A stretch of DNA of 63,641 nt, counting the filler, from Stramenopiles sp. TOSAG23-6 (taxonomy: Eukaryota), in NCBI GenBank assembly GCA_900128565.1. It is 8 parts of 8 records of this genome, joined end to end, with 100 filler letters (N's around TTAATTAATTAA, not from the genome) between each part and the next. Parts side by side here need not be neighbours in the genome. Positions count along the whole stretch, not along the records: positions 7,990 to 15,878 come from LT636504.1; positions 15,979 to 23,866 come from LT636505.1; positions 23,967 to 31,850 come from LT636506.1; 5 more parts are not named here. The stretch is one strand, 5' to 3'. The notes beneath the pieces are model-generated. The model did no database searches, had not been told where the DNA came from, and worked only from the letters and a program-made list of their open reading frames with translations. Positions within the stretch are counted from its first letter, which is position 1; each line of letters starts with the position of its first letter. Shown here in pieces: positions 13,250 through 24,625 of the stretch. The position numbers and the translations under genes were made by a program.

Positions 13250-14467
13250 TCATACTTCAACATTGCGTACACAATCATTTTCTTCTCCAGGTAATTCCAC
13301 AGAGAAATCAGCATAAAGGACAATATTTCTTCCTTCAAATGGCAAAATCTGTTTTTTCAACCTACTATCTTTCTCTAATAAATACGTAATAAAATCTTCA
13401 TACGTTGTAACGCTAAAGCCTGAACGTAATTTTCTATTTGGAAATAAACATGGAAACACGCAACACGGAACAACTGCACATAATGTATTAAACCGGATAG
13501 CTGCATCTACAATAGCTTCAGTTGCCTGATCAGGATGCATTCCCACAAAAAGAGAGGCACCAACCAAGATAGATCGATTTAATTTTACAAATTCATCAGT
13601 TGCGGCAAAGAAAGCTGCAATATGATCTGGTGGAGAAGCACCAACTTTACGCAAGCGCTTCGCGTTTCGTGCATTTAATCTAGTTTTACGAAGCATGGGA
13701 TCAATCACGGTACTTTTTATCTTGCAAAGTAACAGAAATTCAATTGATAATTGCCCCTTTCCGCCAGCAACATCAACTATTCCATTTCCTCGACTTAATT
13801 TTTTAACGCTAAAAGTATCGATGAGCCACTGAGCCATTACTTTAGCTCGAAACCGTTTTTCTTTGTTACTACCATGGCTTATATTCTGTTTATTGCAATA
13901 AGCACTCTTACGTTTTTTACTATTACTATGTTTTACCTTTTTCATTCTTTCAGTGAGACATTTTGGCTCAGCTTTTCGAGCAGAGACAAAAGCTTCGTTA
14001 CGATACTGGAACATTGCCGATATTGAAGTTGCATTACTTGAACGTGCATCATTGTTCAATTTTCTTATAGACGAAAGGGCGTTGAATCCAGCATGTTGGG
14101 CCTCGACTGAAATCCTTGAGAGAACACGATAAGAAGTCACTACTGGTAAATTATCCTCGCCTGCGTCAACTCCCAACTTACAATCTAACTCTAAACGCAT
14201 ATTATGTTGTAACATTGAAGATTTTTCTGGGAATGGGGCCGTTGCAGTCCAGTATTTTGAAGAACGCGAGAACACAACTTGACACAATTCACCATTATCA
14301 GTCTGGATAGTCAAAAATGCTAAATTTTTGCCCAGGCAACGCCTTCTTACCACAAATCCAGTTATTGACTTGTCAGTAATAGACTTGTCAGAATTATTTC
14401 CTAAATGTAACCCAGACACTGATGATATGCGACTATGATTTTGCATCTTGTTTGGCGATTCCATCAT
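13250..14467 (-). CDS. Duplicate copy of the putative methyltransferase
   Basis: Same as 5261..6478. Confidence 0.6.
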   Translation of the reverse strand: MMESPNKMQNHSRISSVSGLHLGNNSDKSITDKSITGFVVRRRCLGKNLAFLTIQTDNGELCQVVFSRSSKYWTATAPFPEKSSMLQHNMRLELDCKLGVDAGEDNLPVVTSYRVLSRISVEAQHAGFNALSSIRKLNNDARSSNATSISAMFQYRNEAFVSARKAEPKCLTERMKKVKHSNSKKRKSAYCNKQNISHGSNKEKRFRAKVMAQWLIDTFSVKKLSRGNGIVDVAGGKGQLSIEFLLLCKIKSTVIDPMLRKTRLNARNAKRLRKVGASPPDHIAAFFAATDEFVKLNRSILVGASLFVGMHPDQATEAIVDAAIRFNTLCAVVPCCVFPCLFPNRKLRSGFSVTTYEDFITYLLEKDSRLKKQILPFEGRNIVLYADFSVELPGEENDCVRNVEV

Positions 14468-14753
14468 GAGTACTTACAACTATCTAGAAACTATTTGTTC
14501 ATTACGTCGAATTTTATAGTAATATGTCTACTAGATTTACTTATTTTAATAATTTTAAGCGATATCAATGACTTTTGATCCGTTGCGCTGGCTTGAAAAA
14601 TACGTTAAAATATACGATTTTTGAATTTCAGATTTGGATACGATACGACGATACATTCGTTCGTATCGATACCACACTTTTTAAACAAAGATTCAAAAAA
14701 ATTGGATCAGATAATACACTTATATTGTCTTTGTGTGATTTGTTGACAAAACT

Positions 14754-15878
14754 ATGCTTAATGCGAAAGAGCAAATGTGCCTTTTAATATTCGTTTTATT
14801 TCTAAGCACACTTACAGTTTCAGTGGCGCAAATAAACGAATATTCTAGTTCCAGTGAAGAAACTAATATTGATCCTAAGATTAAAGCAAGTATAAGTTTC
14901 CCTACTTTGAACAAAGATTTGTTTAAAAATGTCCTTGATGCTGCGAAAGAGATAAATATGCGAAATTCGTTTGTTAATATACATTTGTTTAACGCAGGTT
15001 ACATAGAGATGGAGAAAAGTTGGATATGCAACGTGAAGAAATTTGGTCATTCAATTCTTATCAATACGCTTTTTATAGCGACTGAACAGGCAGCCTTTAA
15101 AGCTATCAAAGATTTTTCGAAAATAATTGTGGTACCACTAAATGTTGTTTTATATCAACATACTGCTCCTTCCCTTCTCACTTACGGTGAAAACGCATAC
15201 TATTCCTTTATGCTTTTTAGAACCAGAGTAATTGAAGCGCTTCTTAATTCGGATATTACTGTTTGGTTAACCGAAGCTGATGCAGTATGGAGAAGAGATG
15301 TTACAGATGTTATATGGAAGCATGCAAATGACGATTCTATTGACATCGCAGCTCCAAATGATTCCACAAGTACCACAATGGATGGAAAAAATACGATCGT
15401 AGGGATTAATATGGCGCTCCTTCGTCCAACTATCCCCACAAAAAGGATTTGGAAGAAAATGCAAATTCTATTTGAAGATAGAATCAAAACATCCATGCAA
15501 AATAATGATGTATTAACTGAACCAGAAAATGAGTTATTAACTCAACTTTTGGCCAAAGACAAAACTTTGAATTTTATTCAACTTGATCCGCAAGTTTTCA
15601 CTTCTGGTTTGTGGTACAATAAAAATTTCAGTTCTTTCCGGAGCCTTATACGCAACCCAGCAGTGATTCAAAATAATTGGATCGTTGGTGGTGTTAACAA
15701 AGTTAAACGCATGAAACTTTGGAACCACTGGTTCTTGGATGAAGCAGGAAAGTGTCGAAAAACAAAAGTATGGACTATTTCAGAAAAAAATCCTCTTCAA
15801 AAACTAAAAACAGTTGTGAAAGATGAAGAATTGGCAATATTGGGTGACCAAAAAACTGATGAGTGTGTAAAAAACAAA
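14754..15878 (+). CDS. Duplicate copy of the GT77-like N-terminal part
   Basis: Same as 6765..7889. Confidence 0.65.
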
Positions 15879-15985
15879 NNNNNNNNNNNNNNNNNNNNNN
15901 NNNNNNNNNNNNNNNNNNNNNNTTAATTAATTAANNNNNNNNNNNNNNNNNNNNNNNNNNNNNNNNNNNNNNNNNNNNTGAAGAA

Positions 15986-18900
15986 TTGGCAATATTGGGT
16001 GACCAAAAAACTGATGAGTGTGTAAAAAACAAATTACCGAACTGTACAAATATTGTCAGTCCTCAAAAAAAAGAATCGAATTCAATGCCTAAAGTGTTGT
16101 CTACATTAAGTGGTCAAAAGTTTAAAAGCTTTTACTTTGTTGATTGTTACTACCTTGCTTCAAACAGTAAGATCACAAACTGGACTGATGATACTAGTTC
16201 ATGGGAGCAATGTGCTTCATGGGCTTTCCAGCATCATGCAAACTGGTTTGTGCTTCATGATTCTCATCCAATGACTGCTAATAACTTAGCACGAAATACG
16301 GACATTGTTGGAACATGTGGTTTTGGTGGTGCATATCATACTGAAGGTATTGCTCACCCCAGTGAATGTCTATTAGATGATAAAAATCGCCATGTTGGAG
16401 GAATAGGAATTGTTGCAGTATATAAGGTGAGTAAAGCCAAAATAAAAGACGCTGTTTTATGTATGAATGAAACTTGCAGTCTCGAGCAGAAAGAGAGACA
16501 ACTCGCGGAAATTTCCCCATTCAAATGGGTAGATTCAAATGTTCGTCTTCTTGACGGACCTCGGAATTTTTCAACGGATTTTGCATATATGTTAGAATCG
16601 GGTGTAAAGGTTGCCTATCGTGTACCAAATATCATTCGAGAATGCTTACATTGTGTTTATTCTCACTATGATCAAACATGTAACGACTCTACAATACTTT
16701 CTATAGGTGTCCTTTCATACGATTCTTTAAAGCGACAGGAAATTCGTGATACATGGGGTCAATTATCATGTGTATTTTTTATAGTCGGAAAGAAAGGTGG
16801 GCTGTGGCCTGAGCAAGAAGCGATGGAAAATCGCGATATAATATTAATTGACATTGAAGAACATTACAATATTCTGCCGTACAAGACATATTTGTGGTTC
16901 TACCTGGCACATCGCTGGTTCCCCGATGCCGAGTATGTTATAAAAACAGATGAGGATTGTTATGTGGATACGGTCGCCTTTAATGCAGAGTTAACTCGTC
17001 TTAAACCAGATTATTTTGGCAGTCTGTCGCCAGATCGGAAACCTATTAGAGACCCCAATCATAAGCGTTATTTGTCTACCGAAAGTTATGGAGAAGATTT
17101 GCTACCCAAATACGCAAGTGGGTTTGGATATGCCCTCTCTCGTAAAGCACGCGAATGTTTATTATCTAAAGTTGCAACACAGACCCACATCACAATAGAA
17201 GACGTGGCAGTAGGTATCATTATGAAAGAGTGCGGGATACTTTTACATTCTTCCACCAAATTTGACTTGAATAATATTGCTGGAACAACACGTTATCCAG
17301 GATCTATGTTTCATTATTCCTTTATTGATTGCTTTCATCATAAATCTCAAAAACAAGTAAAATATTGGGCACAACAGAGAATGACTACTTCTGAGTGTGC
17401 AAAATGGGCAGTTTTGGTACATCGTAGTAAATGGTTTGTTCTTGAATTTCCTCAAGCGCTGAATGATGGACGTGCAAGTTGCGGCACTGGAGGATCTTAT
17501 AACAAAGAGGGCGAGGCTCGTCCAAAATCTTTGTGTGTTACCAACCAATATGGAGATCCTATTGGTGGACGCAATGTTTTTGCAGTCTACAGTGTTAACC
17601 AAACACATGGTAGCGTAAGACCACAACAACTGCTGGCACCTTGGGTAGTGAAACATACTTCTTCTCACTCCTCAGATGGCCTAACCTTAGCTGTGATTCA
17701 TGAGCGTTTGCCATCCAAAAAATCATTTGCTAAATTTACAGATAGTTGCTCAGCTAGCTTCAAGTTTCTCGATTGCTATTCCCATAAATCAGGAAAGCAA
17801 ATTGAAGCATGGGCCGATCGAATAAGAAAGGGTATTACATGGCGACAATGTACAGAATGGGCTGTTGGTAATGGCGCACATTGGTTTGCTTACAATTTTG
17901 AAAGACACCACTTTGACCATTCACGTGAATTTATGCATGCAACCTGTGGATATGGCGGTTCGTATGATACTGATTCAAATCTCAGTAATCTTTGTTCATT
18001 CAAAAAAAATTTTATAAAATGGCCTCGAGGGGTGTTTGCGGTGTATGCAATAAGCGACGATAATGAAAATGCTTTACCAACTTTTTCCATGGATTCGGGA
18101 AAACATTCAGTCACAAAACAGGACATTATCATGATAAAGAACTGGACTTCAAGCCCAATAGTATTAGAAAAATATAAGCTTTTGATCTTTACAATTCCAA
18201 GAACTGGTTGTACGCTTTTAAGAAAACTTTCCCGGCGTATGATGGGCTTTGAAAATTATCTAGACGGAATTGATGGTGAGATACCTCACAATCCTCAGTA
18301 TAATGGTCTTCGGTACTTAAATTCTTATACAACTACACAAGCTACAAATATGATGACTTCTCCGTCTTGGACCCGCGCAATATTTCTTAGGGAACCTCAA
18401 GAAAGACTTTTATCGGCGTATTTAAAATCTAACAAAACATTTGCCGCTAAAAAATGTAGACGCGATTCTCTAACTTTTGAGGAGTTTATTTATTTAAGAG
18501 AAACTTGTACAGATGAGCATTGGAATCCACTAGAAAATTTTATGGACTACCATTGGTGGCAGTACATAAATTTTTTTGGAAATTTGAGAACTGTTGCGCT
18601 GGATACAAAACGGCTTTTAAAAAAAGTTGGAGCATGGACTGAATTTGGTGCCAGTGGGTGGTACAATATGAATAAAAGATTAGGGTGGAGAAAATTCGAA
18701 AAGGATCCAAAACGTATTTCCGATGCATTTGCCGAAGGAGTAAATACAAATACGAGGGAAAAGTTGGTTCAATATTATACTCCAGAACTGTGGAATGCCG
18801 TAAATGATAAGCTTTACAAACCTCCATTTTGTTACAAAACAACGGAAATTCAAATGATTGAAGATGATGTTTTTGAAACATTTTCCGGTTCAATGAGAAA

Positions 18901-19798
18901 ATACATTGGTAATGATGAATACTATGTTGTAGACTCTAATACTAAACGTAACCTATCTATAAAAGATATAGGCGATGGAAGATATCGAATCACTTGTAAT
19001 GATTCTAATTTAAAAACAATTTCCTTTACCGCAATTCTACAATATTCTTGTGGAGTTGGGAAATTATCACCCCCAGTAAAAGACAAATGGATTGATGCTG
19101 GTGCACTGAATACCCACTTTAATGGGGTAATTACCTGTAAATATGATACAAAGAAAGAGAACAGAAATGGTATGCCATCATTGAGGTTAAATCCAATTCA
19201 CCTCAATAAATCAAAACTTTATGCGATTGGAGACTCTATGATGAATCAATTCATATTCTACGACAACAAGAAACCGCGCTATAACTCTGTTCAGTTTAAG
19301 AAGATTCAGTATAAGCTAAATCTTGATACATATGATACATATCTTGCAGAAATTTTTGAGATTTTACCTCATAATGCTGATTCAATTCTATTACTCAATA
19401 GCGGTTTGTGGGACTTGTTAGACGACTATTTTGACCCTTACTTTTATAACCATGAAATTGCTCTCGATAAACTTATACGTACAATTAAAGCTGAATTTCC
19501 AAATACTCGCGTTATATGGAAAGGTATGACAGCCGTGCATATCCACCGAGTGGATTGTGGATGTATTTTTGAATGTTTAAAGCGCGTAAAATACATGAGC
19601 TCCTCACGAGCGTCTCAAATTGAAGTCATTCAAAAGAAAATAGTTGATCGATACAATATCACATACATACCACAGTATGATTTCACATATACAAGTGCTG
19701 ATAAGTGTCGACCAAACGATGGTCGTTATTATACTGAAGATATGAATAATATTCTCTGGGACAAGGCATTTAATAACCGAGACCCAAAAGATGGATAA
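15986..19798 (+). CDS. C-terminal part of the multidomain protein: Cys-rich repeats, GT31 galactosyltransferase, carbohydrate sulfotransferase, SGNH-like domain
   Basis: GT31: RQEIRDTW, VIKTDEDCYV, IEDVAVG. Sulfotransfer_2 PAPS motifs: FTIPRTGCT, FLREPQERLLSAY. SGNH-like: AIGDSMM, LNSGLWD, DGRYY. Confidence 0.8.
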   Translation: MAILGDQKTDECVKNKLPNCTNIVSPQKKESNSMPKVLSTLSGQKFKSFYFVDCYYLASNSKITNWTDDTSSWEQCASWAFQHHANWFVLHDSHPMTANNLARNTDIVGTCGFGGAYHTEGIAHPSECLLDDKNRHVGGIGIVAVYKVSKAKIKDAVLCMNETCSLEQKERQLAEISPFKWVDSNVRLLDGPRNFSTDFAYMLESGVKVAYRVPNIIRECLHCVYSHYDQTCNDSTILSIGVLSYDSLKRQEIRDTWGQLSCVFFIVGKKGGLWPEQEAMENRDIILIDIEEHYNILPYKTYLWFYLAHRWFPDAEYVIKTDEDCYVDTVAFNAELTRLKPDYFGSLSPDRKPIRDPNHKRYLSTESYGEDLLPKYASGFGYALSRKARECLLSKVATQTHITIEDVAVGIIMKECGILLHSSTKFDLNNIAGTTRYPGSMFHYSFIDCFHHKSQKQVKYWAQQRMTTSECAKWAVLVHRSKWFVLEFPQALNDGRASCGTGGSYNKEGEARPKSLCVTNQYGDPIGGRNVFAVYSVNQTHGSVRPQQLLAPWVVKHTSSHSSDGLTLAVIHERLPSKKSFAKFTDSCSASFKFLDCYSHKSGKQIEAWADRIRKGITWRQCTEWAVGNGAHWFAYNFERHHFDHSREFMHATCGYGGSYDTDSNLSNLCSFKKNFIKWPRGVFAVYAISDDNENALPTFSMDSGKHSVTKQDIIMIKNWTSSPIVLEKYKLLIFTIPRTGCTLLRKLSRRMMGFENYLDGIDGEIPHNPQYNGLRYLNSYTTTQATNMMTSPSWTRAIFLREPQERLLSAYLKSNKTFAAKKCRRDSLTFEEFIYLRETCTDEHWNPLENFMDYHWWQYINFFGNLRTVALDTKRLLKKVGAWTEFGASGWYNMNKRLGWRKFEKDPKRISDAFAEGVNTNTREKLVQYYTPELWNAVNDKLYKPPFCYKTTEIQMIEDDVFETFSGSMRKYIGNDEYYVVDSNTKRNLSIKDIGDGRYRITCNDSNLKTISFTAILQYSCGVGKLSPPVKDKWIDAGALNTHFNGVITCKYDTKKENRNGMPSLRLNPIHLNKSKLYAIGDSMMNQFIFYDNKKPRYNSVQFKKIQYKLNLDTYDTYLAEIFEILPHNADSILLLNSGLWDLLDDYFDPYFYNHEIALDKLIRTIKAEFPNTRVIWKGMTAVHIHRVDCGCIFECLKRVKYMSSSRASQIEVIQKKIVDRYNITYIPQYDFTYTSADKCRPNDGRYYTEDMNNILWDKAFNNRDPKDG

Positions 19799-20002
19799 GA
19801 CTTTTTAATATTTACAAATAAAATTTTATAATAACATTTTTAAGCTTCCGCATCAGCACACACTTTAACTATGAAATTTAAGTACAGGAATCATGTGTAC
19901 ACATGCGTGAAGAATAAACTTTCTGATGTAAAAAAATAAATTCTGTATAGCCTCAAAAATAAAACTTGAAATAATAAATTTAATGAAAACTGAAAATTAC
20001 TC

Positions 20003-22366
20003 TCAACTAAAACTCTTTCTCCTTTGAAGCAACTCATGTTCAAATGTATGATCACTAAAACTAGCACTCAAATGCCTTTCTAATCGAGCATGCGCATGCC
20101 TCATTCCATTATTAAATACAACTTTTGACGCAATCTTTTCAGCTTCGTTTTCGGCTTTGAGTTCTTTTACCTTTAATGTTAATTTTTCTACTTCAGCTCT
20201 ATGTTTATGTATTTTACTTTTAATATTTTCCCTTGCTAATGCATGAATAGATACACTCCACTTTCTCCATGCTCGCGAAAGGGATACATGTAGCATACGT
20301 GATAACATGCTGTACAATATCTGTATTCCATGAGATTTCTCAAATTGCTGAAGTTTAGATGTCATGACACGAAGTTGAAACGAAGTCCCTTTCAAATGCT
20401 TCTCATTATATTCTGACTTCCCCGCTGATAATTCCCAGCGTTTCCATATCTTTGATAGCCAAATGCGAAAAGCTGCCCACAATTGAGATCTAAATAAACG
20501 TATCAGAACTTTCCGGGCGGAAGTTCTTTGGTGTTCGCGTAATTCATCTGCCTGACGCACAACATGTGCACAGACTCGCCAATGTTCAAAAACGGACCAT
20601 AAATAAGAAAACTCTAGCCTTAGGATTACTTTTCGAGATCTCTCTTCTTGGTGTCGTTTGACTTCATCTTGAAGAAGAACATTTTCTTCGCCTACTCTAA
20701 TTACTTCTAATTCGTGTTCTTTAATTTTTGCTTTAGCCTTGAAGTGCAATTGCTGTAAATGTTTGCCCACATGATCTATCCAAGCCCTAAAGCCACACCA
20801 CATTAAATTTCTTTCGAGTCTTCTAATAACTTTACGAACAGCCGTTATACGCATATCTAATTCTTCGTGCTCACCTCGCACAACATGTGCTGCAGAGCGC
20901 CACTTCTCAAATATATGCCAAGTAAACGAATGTTCTAGTCTCATTATTACCTTTCTTGCTCTAACATTTTGGTGTTGCTTAATGACTGTGGCAAGATCTA
21001 GATACTCCGACCGAAGATGAGATACTGCATTTTCATGATCTTGATGAATTGAATCAAATTTTCTTAATTCGTTTTCTTTCATTGCACTAAGAGCTGCCAA
21101 CCACAATCTAAAAGCTGACCATATTTGCTTACGAAGTAGGCGTAGAACAACCTTTCTTGCAGTTGCTCTACGAGTCTCTCGTAATTCATCTGCAACGCGT
21201 ATAACATTCGCATTTTTTCGCCATTCTTCAAACACGTGCCATATATAATGATGGAGAAGGCGCAATATTACCTTCCGGGCCCTTTCTTCCTTGTGTCTCT
21301 TGACTTCATTTGCTAAAGATGTCTCAATTAGGGCATGTCTTTCGGTTTCTGTATCAGTAAATACCTTACGAACCCAAATAGACCATCCTGATAAAATATT
21401 ACGGTGTACTCTTCTTCCCATAGCAAACGATAACATTCGAACCGCGCATTCTCTTCGCTTCGTCTCGTGTTCATCTTTAATAGATGTGAGCTTGATATTC
21501 TCTTTTTCGTGAACTTTTGCTTCTTGAAAAATGCTATAAATTTGCTTATTTTGCCGATTTTTGTCACCATATACGCATTCGTGTAACGCAGAAACCCAAT
21601 GACTACCAACCACACTACCTCCCGAGCTCTTACTTACCTTAAAGTGGTGCTTTCGATTATTTTCGTCTACTGTTGTAAATGTTTCCACTTCGATTCTTTT
21701 AACTACGTGTTCCGCTCCATGTGATGGAGAATTTATTTTATGCAATTTATGATGATGCTTTGATAGTAACTGAACCAGTGTTCCGTCGGATCTTAATCCA
21801 AATGGACGAGTAATCCAAGACGATGGATGCAAGTGTCTCTTGTGAGACTTCTTTATCAATTCACCATGAAAGATAAAGTCCTTATTTTCACCAAATGGAG
21901 AGCCAATTTTACTAAGAGAGCCAATTTTACTAGGAGAGCCAATTTTACTAGATAAACCTTGTTGATTCAAACTCTGAGATAAGTGAAGTTTCATTGAGTC
22001 TTGAGAGGGATATTCCGATATTTCATTTGATTTTTCCTCTACATGCAATGATGGGGTTTCTGGTGGCGGTGGTTGTGGTACTTCTCCCATATTTTCTTGT
22101 GACAACAACTTTGTATCTATCTCCGGGATATTTGTCGTCGATGACGTAACTTTTTCCTCTTTCAGTATTTTAAGAACTCTTTTTCTTCTCTTTGTCTTTT
22201 GTTTGTTTCTCTTATGGGTTTCTCCTTTACTGGAATTTCTCTTATCCTGTTTGATCCCTTCTGATGGACTCGTTCTTTTTGTCTCTTTGGAAGATCCTTC
22301 AGCTTCTAACACGATCTTTCGCTTTATCTCTGCCGTATGTATGTCGTTTAATGATACGGAATCCAT
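20003..22366 (-). CDS. Protein with a PH-like domain and Sfi1-like (centrin-binding type) helical repeats
   Basis: FHGELIKKS..SWITRPFGL is PH-like; repeated RKVILRL....W..F..W units. Confidence 0.5.
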   Translation of the reverse strand: MDSVSLNDIHTAEIKRKIVLEAEGSSKETKRTSPSEGIKQDKRNSSKGETHKRNKQKTKRRKRVLKILKEEKVTSSTTNIPEIDTKLLSQENMGEVPQPPPPETPSLHVEEKSNEISEYPSQDSMKLHLSQSLNQQGLSSKIGSPSKIGSLSKIGSPFGENKDFIFHGELIKKSHKRHLHPSSWITRPFGLRSDGTLVQLLSKHHHKLHKINSPSHGAEHVVKRIEVETFTTVDENNRKHHFKVSKSSGGSVVGSHWVSALHECVYGDKNRQNKQIYSIFQEAKVHEKENIKLTSIKDEHETKRRECAVRMLSFAMGRRVHRNILSGWSIWVRKVFTDTETERHALIETSLANEVKRHKEERARKVILRLLHHYIWHVFEEWRKNANVIRVADELRETRRATARKVVLRLLRKQIWSAFRLWLAALSAMKENELRKFDSIHQDHENAVSHLRSEYLDLATVIKQHQNVRARKVIMRLEHSFTWHIFEKWRSAAHVVRGEHEELDMRITAVRKVIRRLERNLMWCGFRAWIDHVGKHLQQLHFKAKAKIKEHELEVIRVGEENVLLQDEVKRHQEERSRKVILRLEFSYLWSVFEHWRVCAHVVRQADELREHQRTSARKVLIRLFRSQLWAAFRIWLSKIWKRWELSAGKSEYNEKHLKGTSFQLRVMTSKLQQFEKSHGIQILYSMLSRMLHVSLSRAWRKWSVSIHALARENIKSKIHKHRAEVEKLTLKVKELKAENEAEKIASKVVFNNGMRHAHARLERHLSASFSDHTFEHELLQRRKSFS

Positions 22367-22701
22367 CGTAAACCAACGCGCACTGGATAGTTGACACGTA
22401 TATGTAGTTTAGATTTGATATACGTAATACTCAGTTGTCTAAAAATTCACAGAAAATGTAGTAAATGTAAATTAATCCAATACTAATCCTAGTGTAGTAT
22501 ACTTACTACAGGTAGTAGTGTAAGTAGTAGCCTAAAATTAACAAAAAAAGAACGTCAAAAAAACATGATGTACGTAACTGTAACAGTTACGCCCTAGGCT
22601 AGAGTAGCTACCTTGACACCTACTACTTATCAAATCAAGACAATGTTTATTGGGTTATGAAACCACCTTCGTATATAGCTTAATGATATTACAATCACCG
22701 C

Positions 22702-23768
22702 ATGTCATCCCCTCTATCTGAGGTAGCTGAAAAGCTCTTGCGGGAGAATCCCCCCAAGGTAGCATTACGCAAAGCGCAGCTGTCCCTCTCAGAAACTGAG
22801 AGCAACTTTGGTCCTTTACATGTCAGAACTGCGGCCGATGTGCACACACTTGCACACCTTCTTCAAATGCAAGACAAGCTACCTGAAGCAGTAGTATTAT
22901 TTGAACGCTACCATTTTCTTGCCAAGCGCTTATTTGGAATAAAACATCCTCGAACACGTAAAATAGTTTCAACACTTGGTGATGCACTTTACACGCTGCG
23001 AAAGTACGAAGAATCCGAGCCATACATTCGCCAGAGTATGGAATACTTTCAAGAAAATCTTGGATATGGACATTCTAAGACCGTTGAAAGTGTACACAAA
23101 CTAGCTGAAGTGTTGCACGATCTTGGTGAACTAAAAGAAGCTGAGCATTTATACCGTCGTGCTTTGAAAGAATATACAAATAGTCTAAGTGTTGGGCATT
23201 CCACAATCAAATTTCTCCTACTTCGACTTTCAGATCTACTCCAAGCTACAGGACAAGAAGCAAGATTACACGATGAACTTCCCGTTGACTTTGCATTCCT
23301 CGCAACATTGGAACCTTTGAGGCGAAATATGGTTGATGAAGCTATTGAAGTATTTGTCTTTTGTATGGAACGCAGAAAGCCCAACTCTTGGGCAGAACAA
23401 AAGCTCTTAGCAAACGGATATACAGTTGAAGAAATAGCAGAGGCAAGAAAACGGGGCCGAATCAATGCAGATGCTCGTGTTCGTCGGGTAGAAAAATCTC
23501 AGCGTAAAGCAAAAAAACAAATGGAAAGGGAAGCAAAATGTAAAGCATATGAAGAAAAACAAGCAGAATTGAGCAAGAAATCTATATCTGGGAGACTTCG
23601 GCGTATTACTGGAAAACCTACAAAGATTCAGCTGCCAAGTTATTTGAATCAAGCAACATCCGAAGAAGAAAAGGAATTTCGAAAACCAAAGAATCAACTT
23701 TCAGCTGATGAAATATCTAAATATAGAGAAGCATTTGAGTTATTCGATGAAGATAAAAGTGGTACAAT
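22702..23768 (+). CDS. TPR (kinesin light chain-type) protein with C-terminal EF-hand, 3'-truncated
   Basis: G.xHP.T repeats, EAEHLYRRAL; YREAFELFDEDKSGT plus AT|A = Ile after splicing gives the EF-hand loop DxDxSGTI. Confidence 0.7.
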
Positions 23769-23865
23769 GTACGTTTTATTTTTTTTCAATTTTGAATTTA
23801 TTTTTCGTACTAAATTTCGTACCTAACGATTTTTTTTACTAAAAAAATATTTTTCCAAAATACAT
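23769..23865 (+). other. Family intron, GT-AT, 97 nt
   Basis: AAT|GTACGT ... CGTACTAAATTTCGTACCTAAC ... CCAAAATACAT|A. Confidence 0.75.
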
Positions 23866-24065
23866 ANNNNNNNNNNNNNNNNNNNNNNNNNNNNNNNNNN
23901 NNNNNNNNNNTTAATTAATTAANNNNNNNNNNNNNNNNNNNNNNNNNNNNNNNNNNNNNNNNNNNNGNCAGAACTTGTTGTTTTACTTTTATGGCATCCA
24001 GTATGAAACATGTCGTATCAATAGAGTATACTAGTTGCAGATAGTAATTATTACAGTGCATCATA

Positions 24066-24575
24066 ATGGTAATACAGACATCATCTCTTTATGAATCTCT
24101 CAGAGTTTTGTCTTCTGCCGACATATCTAGTTTGAAGAAAGTTTTCCCCCAATATTCCAAACTTACGTTAGTTCCACCTCTGGTTTTCCTATGCTTGAGT
24201 GATCCTTTTATAAGTCCAACTGATGGTGACGTAAGGAAACTCGTCAACCAACTAGAGTGTATGGGTTTTGTGTCGGGAACACAGCTCGCTGATTACCGTG
24301 AGCAGTACATTAAACTTTCTACTCCTGATTTTAGTCGAATAGAACACATTGAAATTTGTGATGAAATATTTCTTATCACCAAAGTTACTTCAGGTGCTGT
24401 ATTTACGTCCAACATCGATACATCCAAAGGTGGTGGTTTAATTATCGTATTGACTTCTTCATCCGTTCTTTTAGTCTGTAGTTACCCGGGGGAAACACAT
24501 GGTCGTGCACGTGTGGCCCTTGGTATGCTTGAAACAAAAATAAATTCTATAGGAAATAAAAGAAATAAAAGGTAA
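24066..24575 (+). CDS. Hypothetical protein, possibly profilin-like fold
   Basis: 169 aa ORF; KGGGLIIVLTSSSVLLVCSY followed by a helix resembles the profilin C-terminus. Confidence 0.4.
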   Translation: MVIQTSSLYESLRVLSSADISSLKKVFPQYSKLTLVPPLVFLCLSDPFISPTDGDVRKLVNQLECMGFVSGTQLADYREQYIKLSTPDFSRIEHIEICDEIFLITKVTSGAVFTSNIDTSKGGGLIIVLTSSSVLLVCSYPGETHGRARVALGMLETKINSIGNKRNKR

Positions 24576-24625
24576 ATTCAAAAAAATTATATTTTTTTTT
24601 AATCTACAAACTATTTTTTTTAAAT

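Larger units (their letters stand above)
7990..15878 (+). repeat. Duplicate of contig 1-7889 (offset 7989), including all genes and introns
   Basis: All ORF translations are identical with coordinates shifted by 7989; same start and end bases. Confidence 0.97.
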
